From positions 288,001-352,000 of the forward strand of contig CAVWIP010000010.1 in assembly GCA_963755125.1 (NCBI GenBank): a stretch of 64,000 bases of DNA, in the 5' to 3' direction. The notes under the pieces are model-generated. The model ran no database searches. It was not told the origin of the DNA and saw only the letters and a list, made by a program, of their open reading frames with translations. The position numbers and the translations under genes are program-made. The stretch is from an uncultured delta proteobacterium. Its GTDB lineage: Bacteria; Myxococcota_A; Polyangia; Fen-1088. Below are positions 61,739 to 64,000 of this stretch, one piece after another (positions within the stretch are counted from its first letter, which is position 1; each line of letters opens with the position of its first letter).

Positions 61739-63721
61739 TTACACATGAACGGCGAAGTAGTCGTGGACCGCGCTGGCCGTCTTGCGGGTCATGCCCGGCG
61801 CTGCCAGCAAATCCTCTAGCGATGCCTCCCGGATCTTCCTCAGGCTGCCGAAGTGACGCAGCAGTTCTCGCTGGCGCGCGGGCCCGATACCGGGAACCAG
61901 GGACAGCGCCGAATGGATGGTGCGCTTCTTGCGCTGGCTGCGATGAAAAGTCACGGCGAAGCGATGGGCCTCGTCGCGCAGGCGCTGCAGGACGAACATC
62001 TCCCCGCTGTTGGGCCGGATGGGGATCGCGTCCTTGGCCTGCGGCAGGAAGACGCGGTCAGGTTGTTGCCCGGCCGGCGCGGCTGCGGCTGGTTTTTCGT
62101 CGGCAGCATCCACGCGCGGCGGAACCGGCGCTTCGCGTTCCTTGGCCAGCGCGATGATGGGCAGGCCCATGCCAGGCCGCACGTCAATGCCGGCGTCACG
62201 CGCCGCTGCCAGGGCCACGCCCAGTTGTCCCTTGCCCCCGTCCACGACCAGCAGATCAGGAAGGCGCCAAGAATCCAGGCTCTCTTCCTGCTGCATGCTC
62301 TCGCGCGCGCGGCGGAACCGGCGCGAAAGCACCTCGTACATGCAGGCAAAATCGTCCGGGCTGTCGGCGTTTCGGATTTTGTAGGTGCGATAGCGCGATT
62401 TCTCCGGCTGGCCGTCCACGAACACCACCAGCGACGCAACCGTCTCGGCGCCCTGGATGTGCGAGATGTCGTAGCACTCGATCACGTGCGGATGCTTGGG
62501 CAGCCCCAGCCGCCGCTGCAGCCGGCCCAGGGTAGCCTGGGCGTCGTCGCGAGCATTGCGCCGGCTGGCGAAGCTGGCAGCCGCGTTCTTGCGCGCCAGC
62601 TCGACCAGCTCGTGCCGTGGCCCGCGTGCCGGCACCAGGATCTCGACCTTCTTGCCGCGCCTGTCGCTCAGCCACTCGGCCTTGACGTCAGCGTCCGCGA
62701 TGGCGAATGGCAACAGCACCTCGTCGGGAGGAATGGGCGCAAGGTCGTAGTGAAGCCCGAGAAAACTCGACAAGATCTCGGCGTCGGGAAACTCCTGGCG
62801 CGTGAAGGAAAAGGCGCGGCTCCCGATCATCTTGCCTTGCCGCACGGACAGCACCACCACCTCGAGCGCCATGCCCTCACGGTGAAAACCGATGACGTCC
62901 TGGTCGAGCCGATCGGCCGACACCACTCGCTGCGACTGCAAGACGCTCTCCAGCGCCTGGATCTGGTCGCGCACCACACTGGCGCGCTCGAACTGGGTCT
63001 GCCGTGCGGCTTCCTGCATGCGCGCACGCAGCCCGGCCAGCAGTTCGTCGTTCTTTCCCTGCAAGAACAACCGCACGTCGCGCACCTGCTCGGCGTAGTC
63101 GTCAGGTGAAACCGGCACGCAGCAGGGGCCGAGACAACGGTTGATCTGACACTGCAGGCAGGGACGGCCGCGGTGGTGCAGAACGCGATCAGTGCAGGTG
63201 CGCAGCCGGAAGTGCCGGTTGACCACGCGCAAGGCTTCCCGGCAGGCGCTGGCCGAGTGGTAGGGGCCGAAGTACCATGCGTCGTCGTCGGCCATGCGCC
63301 GCACGATCTGCAAGCGCGGCCACTCGACCCGTGGGTCCAGACGCAGTGACAAGAAGTTCTTGTCGTCGGTCAGCTTGACGTTGAAGCGCGGCTGATGGCG
63401 CTTGATGAGGGTGTTCTCCAGCAACAGCGCTTCCTTTTCGTTGCCGGTCACCACCGTGTCGATGTCAGCCACCACATTTTCCAAGAGCGGCACGAAGTCA
63501 CGCGTGTCGCCCGAGCCGGGCTGGAAATACTGGCGCACACGGTTGCGCAGATTGGCGGCCTTGCCGATGTACAGCATCTTGCCGCGACGATCCCTCATCA
63601 AATACACGCCAGGCGAACTGGGCAGGCGGTCGAGGACTTCGGCCAGAGGCCTGCGCTCCGGCGCGATCTCCGCATCGCGGAGCTGGCTCGGCTGGCTGGG
63701 GCCTTCGTCACCCTCGGGCAT
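61739..63721 (-). CDS. uvrC: excinuclease ABC subunit C
   Basis: PGVYLM...YIGKA.NLRNRV (GIY-YIG), ALLLE, IECYDISH, VDGGKGQL, LRDEAHRFA and HhH GIGP. Start 63721 preferred over 63733. Confidence 0.96.
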   Translation of the reverse strand: MPEGDEGPSQPSQLRDAEIAPERRPLAEVLDRLPSSPGVYLMRDRRGKMLYIGKAANLRNRVRQYFQPGSGDTRDFVPLLENVVADIDTVVTGNEKEALLLENTLIKRHQPRFNVKLTDDKNFLSLRLDPRVEWPRLQIVRRMADDDAWYFGPYHSASACREALRVVNRHFRLRTCTDRVLHHRGRPCLQCQINRCLGPCCVPVSPDDYAEQVRDVRLFLQGKNDELLAGLRARMQEAARQTQFERASVVRDQIQALESVLQSQRVVSADRLDQDVIGFHREGMALEVVVLSVRQGKMIGSRAFSFTRQEFPDAEILSSFLGLHYDLAPIPPDEVLLPFAIADADVKAEWLSDRRGKKVEILVPARGPRHELVELARKNAAASFASRRNARDDAQATLGRLQRRLGLPKHPHVIECYDISHIQGAETVASLVVFVDGQPEKSRYRTYKIRNADSPDDFACMYEVLSRRFRRARESMQQEESLDSWRLPDLLVVDGGKGQLGVALAAARDAGIDVRPGMGLPIIALAKEREAPVPPRVDAADEKPAAAAPAGQQPDRVFLPQAKDAIPIRPNSGEMFVLQRLRDEAHRFAVTFHRSQRKKRTIHSALSLVPGIGPARQRELLRHFGSLRKIREASLEDLLAAPGMTRKTASAVHDYFAVHV

Positions 63722-63770
63722 CAGGGCAAGCATACCTCGCGTTTGGCCGGTGGTTCACATGGATGCCTCC

Positions 63771-64000
63771 TCACGGTGCCAGGTGTGGGATGCCGGCTGG
63801 GTCCAGTTCGACGGTGGTGATGTCAAGCGCTGGCCGTTCGTCTTTTCCGAAGGTCAGCTTGGCCAGCCAGCCTTTCCACACTGGGGGATCGTACGGGAAA
63901 TAGTCGAACACGAAATTGCCAAGGCTGTAGACGATGGGCCGGTCCTTGTACCACTCCACAGTCTGCGTGACGTGGGAGTGGCCACCGATGATGGCGTCGG
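63771..64000 (-). CDS. CapA/PGA_cap-family metallophosphoesterase, C-terminal part (runs off window)
   Basis: DAIIGGHSHVTQ.VEWY...PIVYSLGNFVFD. Confidence 0.85.
   Translation of the reverse strand, partial: DAIIGGHSHVTQTVEWYKDRPIVYSLGNFVFDYFPYDPPVWKGWLAKLTFGKDERPALDITTVELDPAGIPHLAP

Noticed and set aside
1..64000. tRNA, rRNA, transposase or prophage genes
   Set aside because: None recognised; intergenic gaps are short and no such motifs were seen.

Overview
This is a GC-rich bacterial chromosomal window. Gene content (Pro-rich membrane protein, short OPX plus separate beta-barrel, split Wzc/BY-kinase, PASTA-containing FtsI) suggests Myxococcota or a related deltaproteobacterium; this is inference. 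(1) 1-19.9 kb: polysaccharide-associated locus with an alpha/beta-hydrolase pair (GLRYG and GLCSG elbows), a TE-less hybrid NRPS-PKS (C*-A-T-KS-AT-ACP plus C-A-T, both A domains glycine-type), two CelD/BcsL-like GNATs, a tandem Cys-motif protein, a GT4, a BY-kinase and two co-polymerases headed by an RsbW/STAS pair. (2) 20-29.6 kb: unrelated and partly decayed genes (ADH, RecQ pseudogene, ChrA, DoxX, AKR, leuA, GH27). leuA has a complete Leu-rich leader/attenuator that is missing from the ORF track. (3) 29.8-44.6 kb: second half of a Wzy-type EPS locus (priming GT, GT2, GT4s, Wzy-like, short Wza, beta-barrel, uncharacterised modifiers, beta-helix lipoprotein). (4) rpiA, a degenerate Fic gene, and the dcw cluster rsmH-ftsL-ftsI-murE-murF-mraY-murD-ftsW-murG with no mraZ. 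(5) Directly after murG, an eroded integron-cassette-like array (three attC-like motifs bounding hicBA and a DUF1801 gene), then rhomboid, uvrC and a partial CapA-family gene. The best candidate for an undescribed system is the Gly-malonyl-Gly assembly line with a putative Cys-transacylase inside an EPS locus, possibly decorating the polysaccharide. All calls come from motif reading without database searches.
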